Position numbers and translations under genes: made by a program. A stretch of 64,000 bases of DNA from an uncultured Clostridia bacterium. GTDB lineage: Bacteria; Acidobacteriota; Blastocatellia; HR10. Positions 37,085 through 49,173 of this stretch are shown piece by piece. Position 1 is the first letter of the stretch; each line of letters starts with the position of its first letter. The notes under the pieces are model-generated. The model was not told the origin of the DNA, did no database searches, and saw only the letters and a program-made list of their open reading frames with translations. Where the stretch lies: the NCBI GenBank assembly GCA_964615335.1, contig CAZTMT010000001.1:642-64641 (forward strand), given 5' to 3'.

Positions 37085-37755
37085 CGCTCCGGCCATTCGC
37101 GATGCTTGATCACTTCGCCTCGGGCCATGTAGACGATCTGCTCGCAGATGTTGGTCACGTAGTCGGCGATCCGTTCCAGGTGCTTGATGATGAAGAGCAG
37201 CTCGGCTCCGCGCCGGACCGTCGAAGGATCCTCCATCATGAGTTGGATGAGTTCGTCGTAGAGGCGCTTGTAGAGAGCATCGGCCTGGTCATCGTGGCGG
37301 ATCGTCTCCAGAGCTTTTGTCGCGTCATGGCTTGTGAAGGCATCCAATCCGTCAAGCAGCATCTGCTGGACGATGCGGGCCATCTCGGGGATATCGAAGT
37401 AGATCTTGAGTTGCGGCTCCCGATTCAATCGGAGGACATGGCGCGCGATGTTCACCGCGTGATCGGCGATCCGTTCGATCGCGGGGGCCGTCTTGACGGC
37501 CGCGATCACGAAGCGCAGATCGGAAGCCGTCGGCTGGCGGAGCACGAGGATGTCAATGCACAGCTCATCGACTTCATTCTCCAACTGGTCAATCTTATCG
37601 TCCTCGCGGATGACGCGCTCGGCCAGTTCGGAATCTCGCTCGACCAGCGCGCGAATGGCCTGGGCGATGGCGGCCTCAGCCCTCCCTCCCAGAAGCAAGA
37701 GCTTATCGCGCAGCCGAACGAGATCATGATCAATGGGCCTCAAGTGATCGGCCAT
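37081..37755 (-). CDS. phoU: Phosphate signalling complex protein PhoU
   Basis: Duplicated PhoU helical repeats with E/DxxxD metal motifs (ERIADHAVNIA / ERIADYVTNI). Confidence 0.85.
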   Translation of the reverse strand: MADHLRPIDHDLVRLRDKLLLLGGRAEAAIAQAIRALVERDSELAERVIREDDKIDQLENEVDELCIDILVLRQPTASDLRFVIAAVKTAPAIERIADHAVNIARHVLRLNREPQLKIYFDIPEMARIVQQMLLDGLDAFTSHDATKALETIRHDDQADALYKRLYDELIQLMMEDPSTVRRGAELLFIIKHLERIADYVTNICEQIVYMARGEVIKHREWPER

Positions 37756-37776
37756 GTCTCTTTCCTCCCCTCGCCT

Positions 37777-38622
37777 TCATCCGAAGCGCCCCGTCAGATA
37801 ATCTTCGGTCAGCTTCTCGCGCGGCACCGTGAACAGCTTCTCCGTCTGGTTGAATTCTACAAGACGACCCATCCAAAGGAAAGCCGTGTAGTCGGAGACG
37901 CGCGCGGCCTGCTGCATGTTGTGCGTCACGATGATGATCGTGTAATGGCGCTTCAGCTCCGTGATCAACTCCTCGATCTTCTCCGTGGCGATGGGGTCCA
38001 GAGCCGATGCCGGTTCATCCAGAAGCAGGACTTCCGGACGCACGGCCAGAGCGCGAGCGATGCAGAGGCGCTGCTGCTGTCCGCCCGAGAGCGCGAGCGC
38101 CGATTCGTGCAACCGATCCTTCACCTCGTCCCAGAGGGCCGCCTGGCGCAAGCTCTCCTCGACGCGCTCCTCAAGCTCCTTCCGATGGCGCACGAGGCCA
38201 TTGACGCGCAGGCCATAAGCGACGTTCTCGAAGATCGTTTTCGGGAAGGGGTTCGAGCGCTGAAAGACCATGCCGACGCGCCGTCGGAGCTGGACGACAT
38301 CCACGCGGGGATCGTAGATGTTCTCTCCATCCAGGAGAATACGCCCCTCGGCGCGCGTGTCCGGGATGAGATCGTTCATGCGATTGATGGCGCGCAGCAG
38401 CGTCGTCTTGCCGCATCCTGACGGGCCGATCAAGGCCGTCACGCGATTCTGCGGGAAACTCAGCGTGATGTCCTGAAGCACCCGCACCTGCCCGTAGGAG
38501 AAGCTGAAGTTCTCGACCTGAACCTTCACCGGCAAGGGCGCCGCCTGAGGATCCAGAGCGTGTGGGTCTGCGGGCTGACGCTTTGCGATTCCTCCTTGGA
38601 TCATGTCGAGCTTGGGCTGCAC
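37777..38622 (-). CDS. pstB: Phosphate ABC transporter ATP-binding protein PstB
   Basis: GPSGCGKTT Walker [16 protein letters not shown] signature, and a PstB-specific C-terminus. Confidence 0.9.
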   Translation of the reverse strand: MQPKLDMIQGGIAKRQPADPHALDPQAAPLPVKVQVENFSFSYGQVRVLQDITLSFPQNRVTALIGPSGCGKTTLLRAINRMNDLIPDTRAEGRILLDGENIYDPRVDVVQLRRRVGMVFQRSNPFPKTIFENVAYGLRVNGLVRHRKELEERVEESLRQAALWDEVKDRLHESALALSGGQQQRLCIARALAVRPEVLLLDEPASALDPIATEKIEELITELKRHYTIIIVTHNMQQAARVSDYTAFLWMGRLVEFNQTEKLFTVPREKLTEDYLTGRFG

Positions 38623-38647
38623 CGCTTTTCCTCCTCTGGACAGATCG

Positions 38648-39688
38648 TTACGGGCGCGCGCGGAGACGTCCTCGAACGCGCGCGCGGATGAGAACGCCCA
38701 GGAAGTTCAGGGCGAACGTGAGCCCGAGCAGAACGAGCACCGTGCCGTAGAGCAAGGGCTTGGTCTTCTCCACGTCCGGAGATTGTGTCGAGAGGATGAA
38801 GACGTGGTAGCCCAGCTCCATGAACTGATCGTTCAGGCGGGTCGGCAGATAGGGCAGGAAATAAGCGGCCCCGGTGAAGAGGACCGGGGCGACTTCTCCC
38901 GCTCCCCGGCTCACGGCCAGAATCGCTCCTGTGAGAATTCCCGGCAGCGCTTCGGGCAGCACGACGCGCCAGATCGTCTGCCAGCGCGTGGCGCCCAGCG
39001 CCAGGCTCACCTCGCGCATCTCGCGGGGCACGGCGCGCAGGGCCTCGTCGGTCGAGACGATCACCACCGGAAGCGTGAGCAGCGCCAGCGTCAGGGCCGC
39101 CCAGATCAGAGCCGGTTGTCCATAGGTCAACTGCCCTCCGTAAAACAGCCGATCGATCCCCCCTCCGACGAACTGCACGAAGAAGCCGAGCCCGAACAGG
39201 CCGAAGACGATCGAAGGGACGCCGGCCAAATTGTCCACCGCGGTCCGCGTCGCGCGCGCGAGCAGGATCTCCAGAACATGTCGCAATCCCACAAGACGCT
39301 CTCGCCACTGTCGAGCCTGTCGCACGCGCGCCCAGGCGTACGAGAGATTGGATCCCGGGACGAACTCGCGCAGGTAAATGGCGGTCGCCACTCCGATCGG
39401 GACAGCCGCCAGCGTCATGAGGATGACCAGGGCGACGGTCCCGAAGATCGCCGGGAAGATTCCTCCTTCGGTCATGCCGGCGCGCGGAGCCGTGGTCAGG
39501 AATTCGAGCGTGATGTACCCAGCTCCGTTCCAGATGATGTTCCCCAAGATGATGCCCAGCATTACCACAATCAGCAGGCTCGCCAGAGCGAGAAGGCCCA
39601 CGGGAACCTGCTCCCTCAAGCGTTCCCAAAAAAGCTTTGGCCGCGACGCGATGAGCGGAGTCCTCACGCGACTCTCCCAGCTCAGCAT
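38648..39688 (-). CDS. pstA: Phosphate ABC transporter permease PstA
   Basis: Polytopic permease with the EAA-like loop ([11 protein letters not shown]). Confidence 0.8.
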   Translation of the reverse strand: MLSWESRVRTPLIASRPKLFWERLREQVPVGLLALASLLIVVMLGIILGNIIWNGAGYITLEFLTTAPRAGMTEGGIFPAIFGTVALVILMTLAAVPIGVATAIYLREFVPGSNLSYAWARVRQARQWRERLVGLRHVLEILLARATRTAVDNLAGVPSIVFGLFGLGFFVQFVGGGIDRLFYGGQLTYGQPALIWAALTLALLTLPVVIVSTDEALRAVPREMREVSLALGATRWQTIWRVVLPEALPGILTGAILAVSRGAGEVAPVLFTGAAYFLPYLPTRLNDQFMELGYHVFILSTQSPDVEKTKPLLYGTVLVLLGLTFALNFLGVLIRARVRGRLRARP

Positions 39689-39692
39689 AGCC

Positions 39693-40667
39693 TCACATCC
39701 CTCCTCGCAGCCGGTGTTGTACGCGGTGGATGATATATACGCCCAGGGAGTTCACCACAAAGGTGACGACAAAAAGCAGGGCTCCGATGAAGAAGAGCAC
39801 GTGATAGTGAGGGCTTCCGAAGACGACCTCTCCGAGTTCGGCGGCGATCGTCGCCGCCAGAGTGCGCACCGAGTCCGTCAGGCGCAGCGAAGTGATCGCC
39901 GCGTTCCCCGAAGCCATCAGCACGATCATCGTCTCCCCCACGGCTCGGCCGAAACCCAGGACGAGACTGGCGAAGATGCCGGGCGAGGCCGCCGGCAAAA
40001 CGACATAGAGAGCCGTCTGCCAGCGCGTGGCGCCCAGGGCCAGGCTCGCCTCGCGCAAGCTCTGCGGGACAGCGTTCAGGGCGTCTTCGCTCACCGTGTA
40101 AATGATCGGAATCAGAGCCAGAGCCAGCGCCGTCCCCGCCGTGAGGGCGTTCAATCGCGTCTCGAATCCGAAAAGGCGTTGCATCCACGTCGCCAGCACG
40201 ATCAGAGCGAAGAACCCCAGAACGACCGAAGGGATACCGGCCAGAAGCTCAATGGCCGGTTTGATGAGTTCGCGCATCCGGGGCGGCGCAAATTCCGCTG
40301 TGTAGAGCGCCGCCGCAATGGCCAGCGGTGCCGCCAGCAACAGCGCGACCAGTGCTGTCTTGAGCGTTCCGAGGATGAGCGGAACCAGATTGTACTTGGG
40401 CACCAGAGCGACCGGCTGCCATACGTACCGGCTCATCACATTGGGCCCTTCGATCGGTCGAAAGAGGTGGCCCGGACTGGCCTCGCGCTGAATCGTCGGA
40501 TCGGTCAGAATCGGGAGCGCTTCTCGAAAGATGAAGATGAAGATGAGGACGATCGTCGCAATGGCTGTGAGCGAGAGAAGCAGGATCCCCCGACGAGCCC
40601 AGCGGTCGGCCCATCGGCGCCTTCTCTCGCTTCGAGCGATCGCGTCCTCGTGCCGGGCGCTTCTCAT
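39693..40667 (-). CDS. pstC: Phosphate ABC transporter permease PstC
   Basis: PstC-type permease. I place the start at the internal ATG that forms an ATGA overlap with the pstS stop. Confidence 0.8.
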   Translation of the reverse strand: MRSARHEDAIARSERRRRWADRWARRGILLLSLTAIATIVLIFIFIFREALPILTDPTIQREASPGHLFRPIEGPNVMSRYVWQPVALVPKYNLVPLILGTLKTALVALLLAAPLAIAAALYTAEFAPPRMRELIKPAIELLAGIPSVVLGFFALIVLATWMQRLFGFETRLNALTAGTALALALIPIIYTVSEDALNAVPQSLREASLALGATRWQTALYVVLPAASPGIFASLVLGFGRAVGETMIVLMASGNAAITSLRLTDSVRTLAATIAAELGEVVFGSPHYHVLFFIGALLFVVTFVVNSLGVYIIHRVQHRLRGGM

Positions 40668-41593
40668 GAATCCGTCTCCCACCGTCGCGCGACTTCGCGG
40701 CGCTGGGCTTCCGGCAGGGGATAATACCCCACGCCTTCGACGACGGCCTGTCCTTCGGACGAGAGCACCCAGCGGATGAAATCCCGCGCCACCGGATTGC
40801 TCGGCTTCCCGACAGTGTAGAAGTAGAGCGCGCGGCTGATCGGGTACCGACCGGAAGCGACATTCTCCATCGTCGGTTCGACCCCCGGCGAGGTGGCATC
40901 CTTTTTGATCCGAAGGACCTTGATCCCCGTCCCGTAAGCGATCCCGCCGTAGCCGATGGATTTCGGATCTTTCGCCACGGCATTAACGACGGCTGCCGTC
41001 CCCGGAAGCGTTTGCGTCCGTGGGGAGAAATCGGCGTTCTCCAGGACATGCTCCTTGAAGTAGACGTAGGTGCCCGAGTTGTTCTCGCGGCTATAGAGGA
41101 CGATGGGCTCATCGGGGCCCCCGACCTCCTTCCAGCGAGTGATCTGTCCCGTATAGATCGCTTTCAGTTGGGAGAGGGAAAGCTCGCTCACCGGGTTGGA
41201 CGGGTGAACATACACGGCCAGGCCATCCAGAGCGACCGGCGTCTCGATCACCTCCACGCCGAATCTCCTTCGGATCTGCTCAGCCTCTTCGGGTTTGATT
41301 GGGCGCGAGCTTTGCGCGATATCCGTCGTCCCGTTGATGAGCGCCGCAATTCCTGTCCCGGATCCCCCTCCGGTGACCTGAATCATTGTGCCCGGATGCT
41401 TCTGCATGTAGACCTCGGCGAATCGCTGGCCGAGGATCACCATCGTATCGGACCCCTTGACGGTGACGGCGCGCGCGCGCTCGGTCGGAGCGCGCGAAGA
41501 GCACGCGCTCACAAGAAGGGAGGCGCACAGGGTCAGGAAACAAACGATCCTCACACTCCCGGTAAGGCCTCGGTCTCGTCCGATTCTCAACAT
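40664..41593 (-). CDS. pstS: Phosphate-binding protein PstS
   Basis: Lipoprotein/signal N-terminus, then GSDTMVILGQ...TGGGSGTGIAAL...SRP..., the PstS/PBP superfamily phosphate-binding signature. Confidence 0.85.
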   Translation of the reverse strand: MLRIGRDRGLTGSVRIVCFLTLCASLLVSACSSRAPTERARAVTVKGSDTMVILGQRFAEVYMQKHPGTMIQVTGGGSGTGIAALINGTTDIAQSSRPIKPEEAEQIRRRFGVEVIETPVALDGLAVYVHPSNPVSELSLSQLKAIYTGQITRWKEVGGPDEPIVLYSRENNSGTYVYFKEHVLENADFSPRTQTLPGTAAVVNAVAKDPKSIGYGGIAYGTGIKVLRIKKDATSPGVEPTMENVASGRYPISRALYFYTVGKPSNPVARDFIRWVLSSEGQAVVEGVGYYPLPEAQRREVARRWETDS

Positions 41594-41606
41594 CTCTCCT
41601 CTCTCC

Positions 41607-43067
41607 TCAAAAGGCGAACTGAATGCGCATGAGCAGGGCCAGGGACAATCCGACGCGAGTCTGTGCCGATCTGGGGAAGTGTTCCACGGCGAGGTCGAGC
41701 ATATATTTGACGAAAGGGGAGAGGTACCAATTCGCTCCGCAGGTGATCGTCTCGGCCCGTGTTGTCTCCATGCCGTCTGAGAGCTGAAGGGTCGAATATC
41801 GTACTTTGACTTCCCACGCGCCCCATCCCCGCTCTCCTTGTCCCAGGGTCAGGAAGGGGCGATGAGGGATCACCGGTCCATTCTCGTTCTTCTTCTCTCC
41901 CGTGAGCAGATACGTCGCCTGCGCCGCGTATCCTTTGGCGATGACAGCCGGAAGCGTCGTCTTTCCCGGACCCAATTGGTACCGATCCTGAGCCATCTGG
42001 TTGTATTCGGCGCGGAAGGCGAACGGCCCGATCAAGTACATCACCTCTCCATTGGCGCGCAGGATCTGTCCGTTCACCGGACGCGCGGGGAAGAACGTCG
42101 TGCTCTGACTCTCGGTTTGTCCCGCCAGGCTCATCCCCGCGCGCTGTCGTCCCAGGGCGATGGCTCCGCCGAAGCTCAGGCCCTCTCCCCACGGATTTTT
42201 CTCTCCCCGCCAGGGCGAGAACCGCACTCTCACAACTCCTTCGGGCGTGCGCGTCGTATTGGGCGCCAAAGTCCCCTTCCCATTGAACGCTCCGATGTGA
42301 TAGATGAATTTCCCCGCGGCGATCTCTCCAGTCACCTGTATGCCGGGGCTTCGGCTCGGGGCGATTCGGGTCGCCATGGCTCGCTCCACGAAGTCTATGT
42401 GCATGGAGCTACGCAGTTCTTCTTGCGAGAACGGCTCTTTGAAATGGCCCAGTTGCACGTAGATTCCGGGGCGCAGATGCAGGCGAAGCCACCCCTCGCG
42501 AAGGAGTCCCGTTCCTCGCTCCGCGAAATCCGCCTGGATCTTGTACTCTGAGCGCGGCGAAAGCCTTCCGGATACGGCCAGGCGGAAGCGCCGAATGAGG
42601 AACGTATTGGGAGGAGCGGAGGCCTGCTCCCCATAGGCTCGAAAATCGAGCTGCCCCTCTCCGGAGAGGGCCATTTCGAAATTCCCGTCAGTGCTGCGGA
42701 AGGTCGGACGCCCCTGCGACCAGAAAAATGTAGCGGTCGCTGAGGAAGCCCGAGTCGGCTGGGGCGTCGCTCCTTCGGAGGCCGATCGTTCGGAATGCCC
42801 GGCGGGCGTCTCCGCCGCCGCATTGACCCGTCGCAAGAGGGCTCGCACCTGCTGCTCAAGCTCCTGCACGAGTCGGCTCTGTTCGGCTAACTGCTGCGTG
42901 AGAGATTCGATCTGCGCCTGCTGCTGTTCCAGCCGCTTCTGCAGCGCGATCCATTCCGCCCAATCCACGCGAGGTCCCGCCGAGGGAGCCTTCTCTTGCT
43001 GAGCCCAGGACCGGGACGCCGAAGACTCATGAAGTGAAGGGAGAAGGAGCAAAAGCAGAAAAGTCAT
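41607..43067 (-). CDS. Phosphate-selective porin O/P (OprO/OprP-like) with N-terminal coiled-coil
   Basis: Signal peptide MTFLLLLLLPSL, a Q/L-rich coiled coil (LQKRLEQQQAQIESLTQQLAEQSRLVQELEQQV), a beta-barrel body, and a C-terminal aromatic ...RIQFAF. It heads the pst operon. Confidence 0.7.
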   Translation of the reverse strand: MTFLLLLLLPSLHESSASRSWAQQEKAPSAGPRVDWAEWIALQKRLEQQQAQIESLTQQLAEQSRLVQELEQQVRALLRRVNAAAETPAGHSERSASEGATPQPTRASSATATFFWSQGRPTFRSTDGNFEMALSGEGQLDFRAYGEQASAPPNTFLIRRFRLAVSGRLSPRSEYKIQADFAERGTGLLREGWLRLHLRPGIYVQLGHFKEPFSQEELRSSMHIDFVERAMATRIAPSRSPGIQVTGEIAAGKFIYHIGAFNGKGTLAPNTTRTPEGVVRVRFSPWRGEKNPWGEGLSFGGAIALGRQRAGMSLAGQTESQSTTFFPARPVNGQILRANGEVMYLIGPFAFRAEYNQMAQDRYQLGPGKTTLPAVIAKGYAAQATYLLTGEKKNENGPVIPHRPFLTLGQGERGWGAWEVKVRYSTLQLSDGMETTRAETITCGANWYLSPFVKYMLDLAVEHFPRSAQTRVGLSLALLMRIQFAF

Positions 43068-43201
43068 CGCAACCCCTCTGCACAACGCGCACCCATTCTC
43101 CGGCATATTGTGCTCCTTGGCACGTGTTCGCTTAGCTATGGACTTTACTCGATTCAGCTCCCTTTGTCCACGGTGCTCCAACAGGCAGGGAATCTTACGC
43201 G

Positions 43202-43245
43202 GGACATGTAAGGGCTCTGTAAGCCGGAGGTTAAATGTGTGTAAA
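43202..43245 (-). promoter_or_regulatory. Pho-box-like array: four 7-bp direct repeats at 11-bp periodicity upstream of the porin-pst-phoU-phoBR operon
   Basis: Minus-strand sequence TTTACAC acat TTAACCT ccgg CTTACAG agcc CTTACAT, ~135 bp upstream of the porin start. Confidence 0.5.
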
Positions 43246-43248
43246 ATC

Positions 43249-44301
43249 TCACCCCGACCCGCTCAGTCGAACGACCAAACGGGTGAATGTCTCAGGCGCG
43301 AGAGCGACCTCCGAGAAAATGCCCTGCAGCTCATCGGCCGTCATCTTCTCGAAGTGCTCCCGGATGGGGACGACGACGATTCCGGCCAGATCCAGGGCAG
43401 CAGGGCTGACGAGTCGGCGCGCAGGCTCCTCGGCGAAGAAACAGGAGGGACGATGCCGAGAGCGCGGAAAGAGAAGAAGAGTCCACGCCGGGCGTCGCGC
43501 GTGGGAATCGAGGTCGTGTTCGTCCTCGGCGAAGACGAGGAGGTTGAGCATGGGTTCGTCGTCCGTCCGTGTCAGTTCCTTGAGGATCAAAAGGGTCTCA
43601 GAAAACCACCGGATCAGAAGTTCGCGCTCCGTCGCCCGGTAGAGCAGGGTCGGAACCGGATGAGCGAGCGTGCGAAAGATCGCGATCCCGGATTCGCGCC
43701 GAAGGAGTTGCCGGCGAGCGAAATTCGTCTGAAGCGGAAGGCGCGCGCGTTCGGCGGCCTGAAAGTGCAGATGATCCGGGGCCGAAGCGCCGCATCGCGG
43801 ACCGTTGTAGAGGAGAAAGAACTCCGGGGCCAGATCCCTCGCCAGATCCAGGAGGATCTCCACCTGCCCCTCCAGAGCCTGGGCCCGATGCTCCCGATGG
43901 ACGATCGTCACATGCCGTTCGAGGATCGGATAGGGATTGCACAGGATGACGTACTGTCTGTAGGCGAGCCCTTTCTGCTCAGGGGGAAGCGCCTCCGGAC
44001 AGAGGAAACACGGACGCTGCCGGAGGGCTTCGGGCTCGACGGCGGCGCTTGTGCTCGCCAGACGCAGCGGATTGTGCTGCAAAAGGAAAAGGCTGGACCC
44101 AAGACGTACTTCTCGTGTGCGCACATGCCGGAGCGCCTGCAGGCCGTGCGCCAGGGCAGGCCACTCATGTCGCTGCCGGTGAAAGAGCGCATCCAGACGG
44201 GTCTTCCAGGCGAGAGCGTCACTGGAGGGATTCACGCCCAGCGCTTCATCGCTGAGCAGGCGCTCATCCCACGTTCCCGCTATATGCCTCGGGCTTGACA
44301 T
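43249..44301 (-). CDS. HIT-superfamily GalT-branch-like protein (HxHxQ motif; GDP-hexose/Ap4A phosphorylase-like, DUF4922-like)
   Basis: CFLCP...NPYP...HVTIV...NGPRCGASAPDHLHFQA: the HLHFQ motif is the HxHxQ variant of the HIT nucleotide-binding motif. Confidence 0.5.
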   Translation of the reverse strand: MSSPRHIAGTWDERLLSDEALGVNPSSDALAWKTRLDALFHRQRHEWPALAHGLQALRHVRTREVRLGSSLFLLQHNPLRLASTSAAVEPEALRQRPCFLCPEALPPEQKGLAYRQYVILCNPYPILERHVTIVHREHRAQALEGQVEILLDLARDLAPEFFLLYNGPRCGASAPDHLHFQAAERARLPLQTNFARRQLLRRESGIAIFRTLAHPVPTLLYRATERELLIRWFSETLLILKELTRTDDEPMLNLLVFAEDEHDLDSHARRPAWTLLLFPRSRHRPSCFFAEEPARRLVSPAALDLAGIVVVPIREHFEKMTADELQGIFSEVALAPETFTRLVVRLSGSG

Positions 44302-44331
44302 CAGTAGGAGGGCTATTATACATCACCGAGC

Positions 44332-45309
44332 ATGCCGGTTCTGAGCCTAGCTTCGCCGGATGAGGTGCGCGCGATCCTCTCGGAGACGCATGAGATCTGG
44401 TCCGAGGGGATGACTCTTGAGGACTACATCGCTTTCGTGTTCGCACAGATGGGGAGCCCATGGGGTCGGGAGAATTTTCAGTATCTTGTGTGGAAGGAGG
44501 GAGCGGTCATCCTGAGCAGTCTGAAGCTCTACCGACTGCAGGCGCAGTGCGGTTCTCGCATGGTGAGTCTGGGGGGGATCGGAGCGGTGTACACTCCTCG
44601 CGCCCAGCGAGGGCGAGGCCATGCCCGCGCGATGCTCGCGGCTGTGCTGGAGCGTCTGCGCGCGGAAGCCGTGGAAGGGGCGCTTTTGTTCTCGGATATC
44701 GGGCAAGAGTATTATCGGCAGCTCGGGTTCCATCCCCTCCCCTCTCATGAGTTCTCTCTGAAGCTGGCCGAGCTGCCGGAGCGCGAGAGTCCAGGGCTTC
44801 AGGTGGAACAGGCCCAAGAGAGCGAGTGGTCCGATATCGAGCGCCTTTACGAAGAGGCGATAGCATCGGCTCCGTTCGCTCTGCGCCGACCTTCGAGCTA
44901 TTGGGATCACCTGAGGCTCAAGGAGCGCGAGCGCGCGCGGCGCCTTCCCGGTCGTTCGAAAGCGTTTCGCTCCTGGATCGTTCGGCGAGAAGGGAAAAGC
45001 GTCGGATATGCGCTCGTTCTCCTGGATTCTCCGAAGGTCATCCTCCTGGAATGGATCTTGGGCGATCGGTCTGCGGAGACGGCGCGGACTCTGCTGGCCG
45101 CGATCCGACGCGAGGGAGAGGTGCTCGGGGGGGAGTCTCTTGTGGGGTGGTGGCCTCCACATCCCTGGTCGGAATTTCTCCCAAACTCGTGTCATCCTCC
45201 GCGTCCTCGGACGCAGGAGGTGGCGATGCTCGCACCGCTCTCCCCTGGGCTTGATCCTCGGGCTCTGGCCGCCTGGGGGGATCTCTTCTGGAAGACGGAT
45301 CACTTTTGA
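44332..45309 (+). CDS. GNAT-family N-acetyltransferase with C-terminal extension
   Basis: Acetyl-CoA motif-A-like GIGAVYTPRAQRGRGHARAML. It is divergent from the HIT-like gene. Confidence 0.65.
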   Translation: MPVLSLASPDEVRAILSETHEIWSEGMTLEDYIAFVFAQMGSPWGRENFQYLVWKEGAVILSSLKLYRLQAQCGSRMVSLGGIGAVYTPRAQRGRGHARAMLAAVLERLRAEAVEGALLFSDIGQEYYRQLGFHPLPSHEFSLKLAELPERESPGLQVEQAQESEWSDIERLYEEAIASAPFALRRPSSYWDHLRLKERERARRLPGRSKAFRSWIVRREGKSVGYALVLLDSPKVILLEWILGDRSAETARTLLAAIRREGEVLGGESLVGWWPPHPWSEFLPNSCHPPRPRTQEVAMLAPLSPGLDPRALAAWGDLFWKTDHF

Positions 45310-45322
45310 GCGCGCGGCCGAC

Positions 45323-46084
45323 TCAGCGCACCTTCTCCGAGTTGGGGGGCTTCTCGAAGAGCTTCGGATCAATGGAGACGTTCACGTGCACTTCCTCGAA
45401 ACTGACGCGCGAGACCTGAACGTCGCCTCTGTACCGATCAATGCGCAAAGGGATCTTGATCCCGTCGAAATCCTGGTAGAGATAGAATCTCTCCTCTTCG
45501 TCCCCGTAGGCGAGTTTCACGGGGAGATAGGTCTGGGGATCGAGGTAGAGCTGGAGGCGATCGGTCTCCCCGTCCGAAAGAGGAACGAGCAGTTCAATGC
45601 CCACGCCCCGCTGGCGGAACCACAGCTCGCGTTCGCCGAGATACCGGAGAGTGACATCCGGTCGTCGTCGCAACTCGCGCAGGATCGTCTCGACGCTGCG
45701 CCGTCGGGCGGCCAGGGAGCGAGAGATCTCTTCCTCCTTTTGCTCTCGAAGAGTGCGGGCGGGACCATCGTAGATCCATCCTCGATCTCCCACGGTGACC
45801 TGGATGAAGCGATCCTTGCCGCGCCCGAATTCGACGCGCTCCCGATCAGGATAAACGATGTAGAGAGTGAAAGGAAGAAGAGCCTGCAACTGCTCGCGCT
45901 CGTTGAATTGAGAATAAAGCCCGCGGCCCGTGAGGGACTTCAAGGTGAGATACTTCTCCCCCCCGAGCGCGCGCGTGGCCGCTTCCAGGAGCGCGCGCGC
46001 CCGATCCTCCTGGGAGGGAGCAGAGGGGAAGAAGATCAGCGAGAGGACGAGAAGGATTTTGGTTCCGAAGCTCTCGCCCGACAT
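45323..46084 (-). CDS. Exported hypothetical protein (possibly LolA-like fold)
   Basis: Signal peptide at the internal Met (MSGESFGTKILLVLSLIFFPSA). No catalytic motifs. It is downstream of clpA. Confidence 0.5.
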   Translation of the reverse strand: MSGESFGTKILLVLSLIFFPSAPSQEDRARALLEAATRALGGEKYLTLKSLTGRGLYSQFNEREQLQALLPFTLYIVYPDRERVEFGRGKDRFIQVTVGDRGWIYDGPARTLREQKEEEISRSLAARRRSVETILRELRRRPDVTLRYLGERELWFRQRGVGIELLVPLSDGETDRLQLYLDPQTYLPVKLAYGDEEERFYLYQDFDGIKIPLRIDRYRGDVQVSRVSFEEVHVNVSIDPKLFEKPPNSEKVR

Positions 46085-46101
46085 GGACTCACGCGAAGGG
46101 A

Positions 46102-48378
<2,277 letters not shown>

Positions 48379-48396
48379 AGCCGTCGCGAATGCAGA

Positions 48397-49134
48397 TTAT
48401 ACATGGTCTTTTGTCGAGGGCTCAAGGGAAGGTTCTGGACCCTCGGAAGGCTTCGCCGATTCAGAAGCGGCACTCCCCAGGGCCCGTCCGACGCGCACGC
48501 GCGCCGGGCGAATGAGCGTCTTCTCTCCCAGCCGATAGCCCGGCTCCAAAACGTCCAGCACGAGACCATCCCGCTCGGGTTCCACCTCCCGGACCTCGAC
48601 GGCTTCATGCTGCTCTGGATCGAACGGCTGATGCAATGGGTTGAGGATCGTGATTCCACAGGCCTGCAGGCGGCGCTCGAAGAGCGCGAGAATGGCTCGG
48701 ATCCCCTCCCGAAGGGCCTGCGCGTTCTCGGTCTGTTCGGCAGCGCGCAGAGCGCGTTTCAGCTCATCGAAGACGTCGAGCACAGGGCCCAGAATCTGGG
48801 CCAGGCGGTGCTCCACGCGCTCTTCCAGAAGTCGCATTTGTCGCTGACGGAAGGACTCGATCTCCTCGCGCATGTGATCGCGCGCCTGCTGGAAGGCGCG
48901 TTCGAGCGCCTGCAGGCGTTCCTCGCTGATCCGGAGCCGAGACTGCAGCTCCTCGACATAGGTGGGATATCGAGGCCTCTCCTCCACGGGCGCCTCGACG
49001 GAGGACTCTTCGTCCAGGAGTCGGACGAAGCGCCGCCGATCCACAACGCGCGGGTGCGTGTCATCGGATTCCGGCTCCGGAGCCGTCGTCTCCTGAGGAG
49101 GCTTCATCTCCTTGACTTCGTCCGATCGCATCAT
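48397..49134 (-). CDS. grpE: Nucleotide exchange factor GrpE
   Basis: Coiled-coil N-terminus and C-terminal ...GEKTLIRPARVRV beta-domain; PFDPEQHEAV is typical of GrpE. Confidence 0.8.
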   Translation of the reverse strand: MMRSDEVKEMKPPQETTAPEPESDDTHPRVVDRRRFVRLLDEESSVEAPVEERPRYPTYVEELQSRLRISEERLQALERAFQQARDHMREEIESFRQRQMRLLEERVEHRLAQILGPVLDVFDELKRALRAAEQTENAQALREGIRAILALFERRLQACGITILNPLHQPFDPEQHEAVEVREVEPERDGLVLDVLEPGYRLGEKTLIRPARVRVGRALGSAASESAKPSEGPEPSLEPSTKDHV

Positions 49135-49173
49135 GGCTGCTTTCCCCCCTATCGGAGTGCGCGTCTTCAGGCC

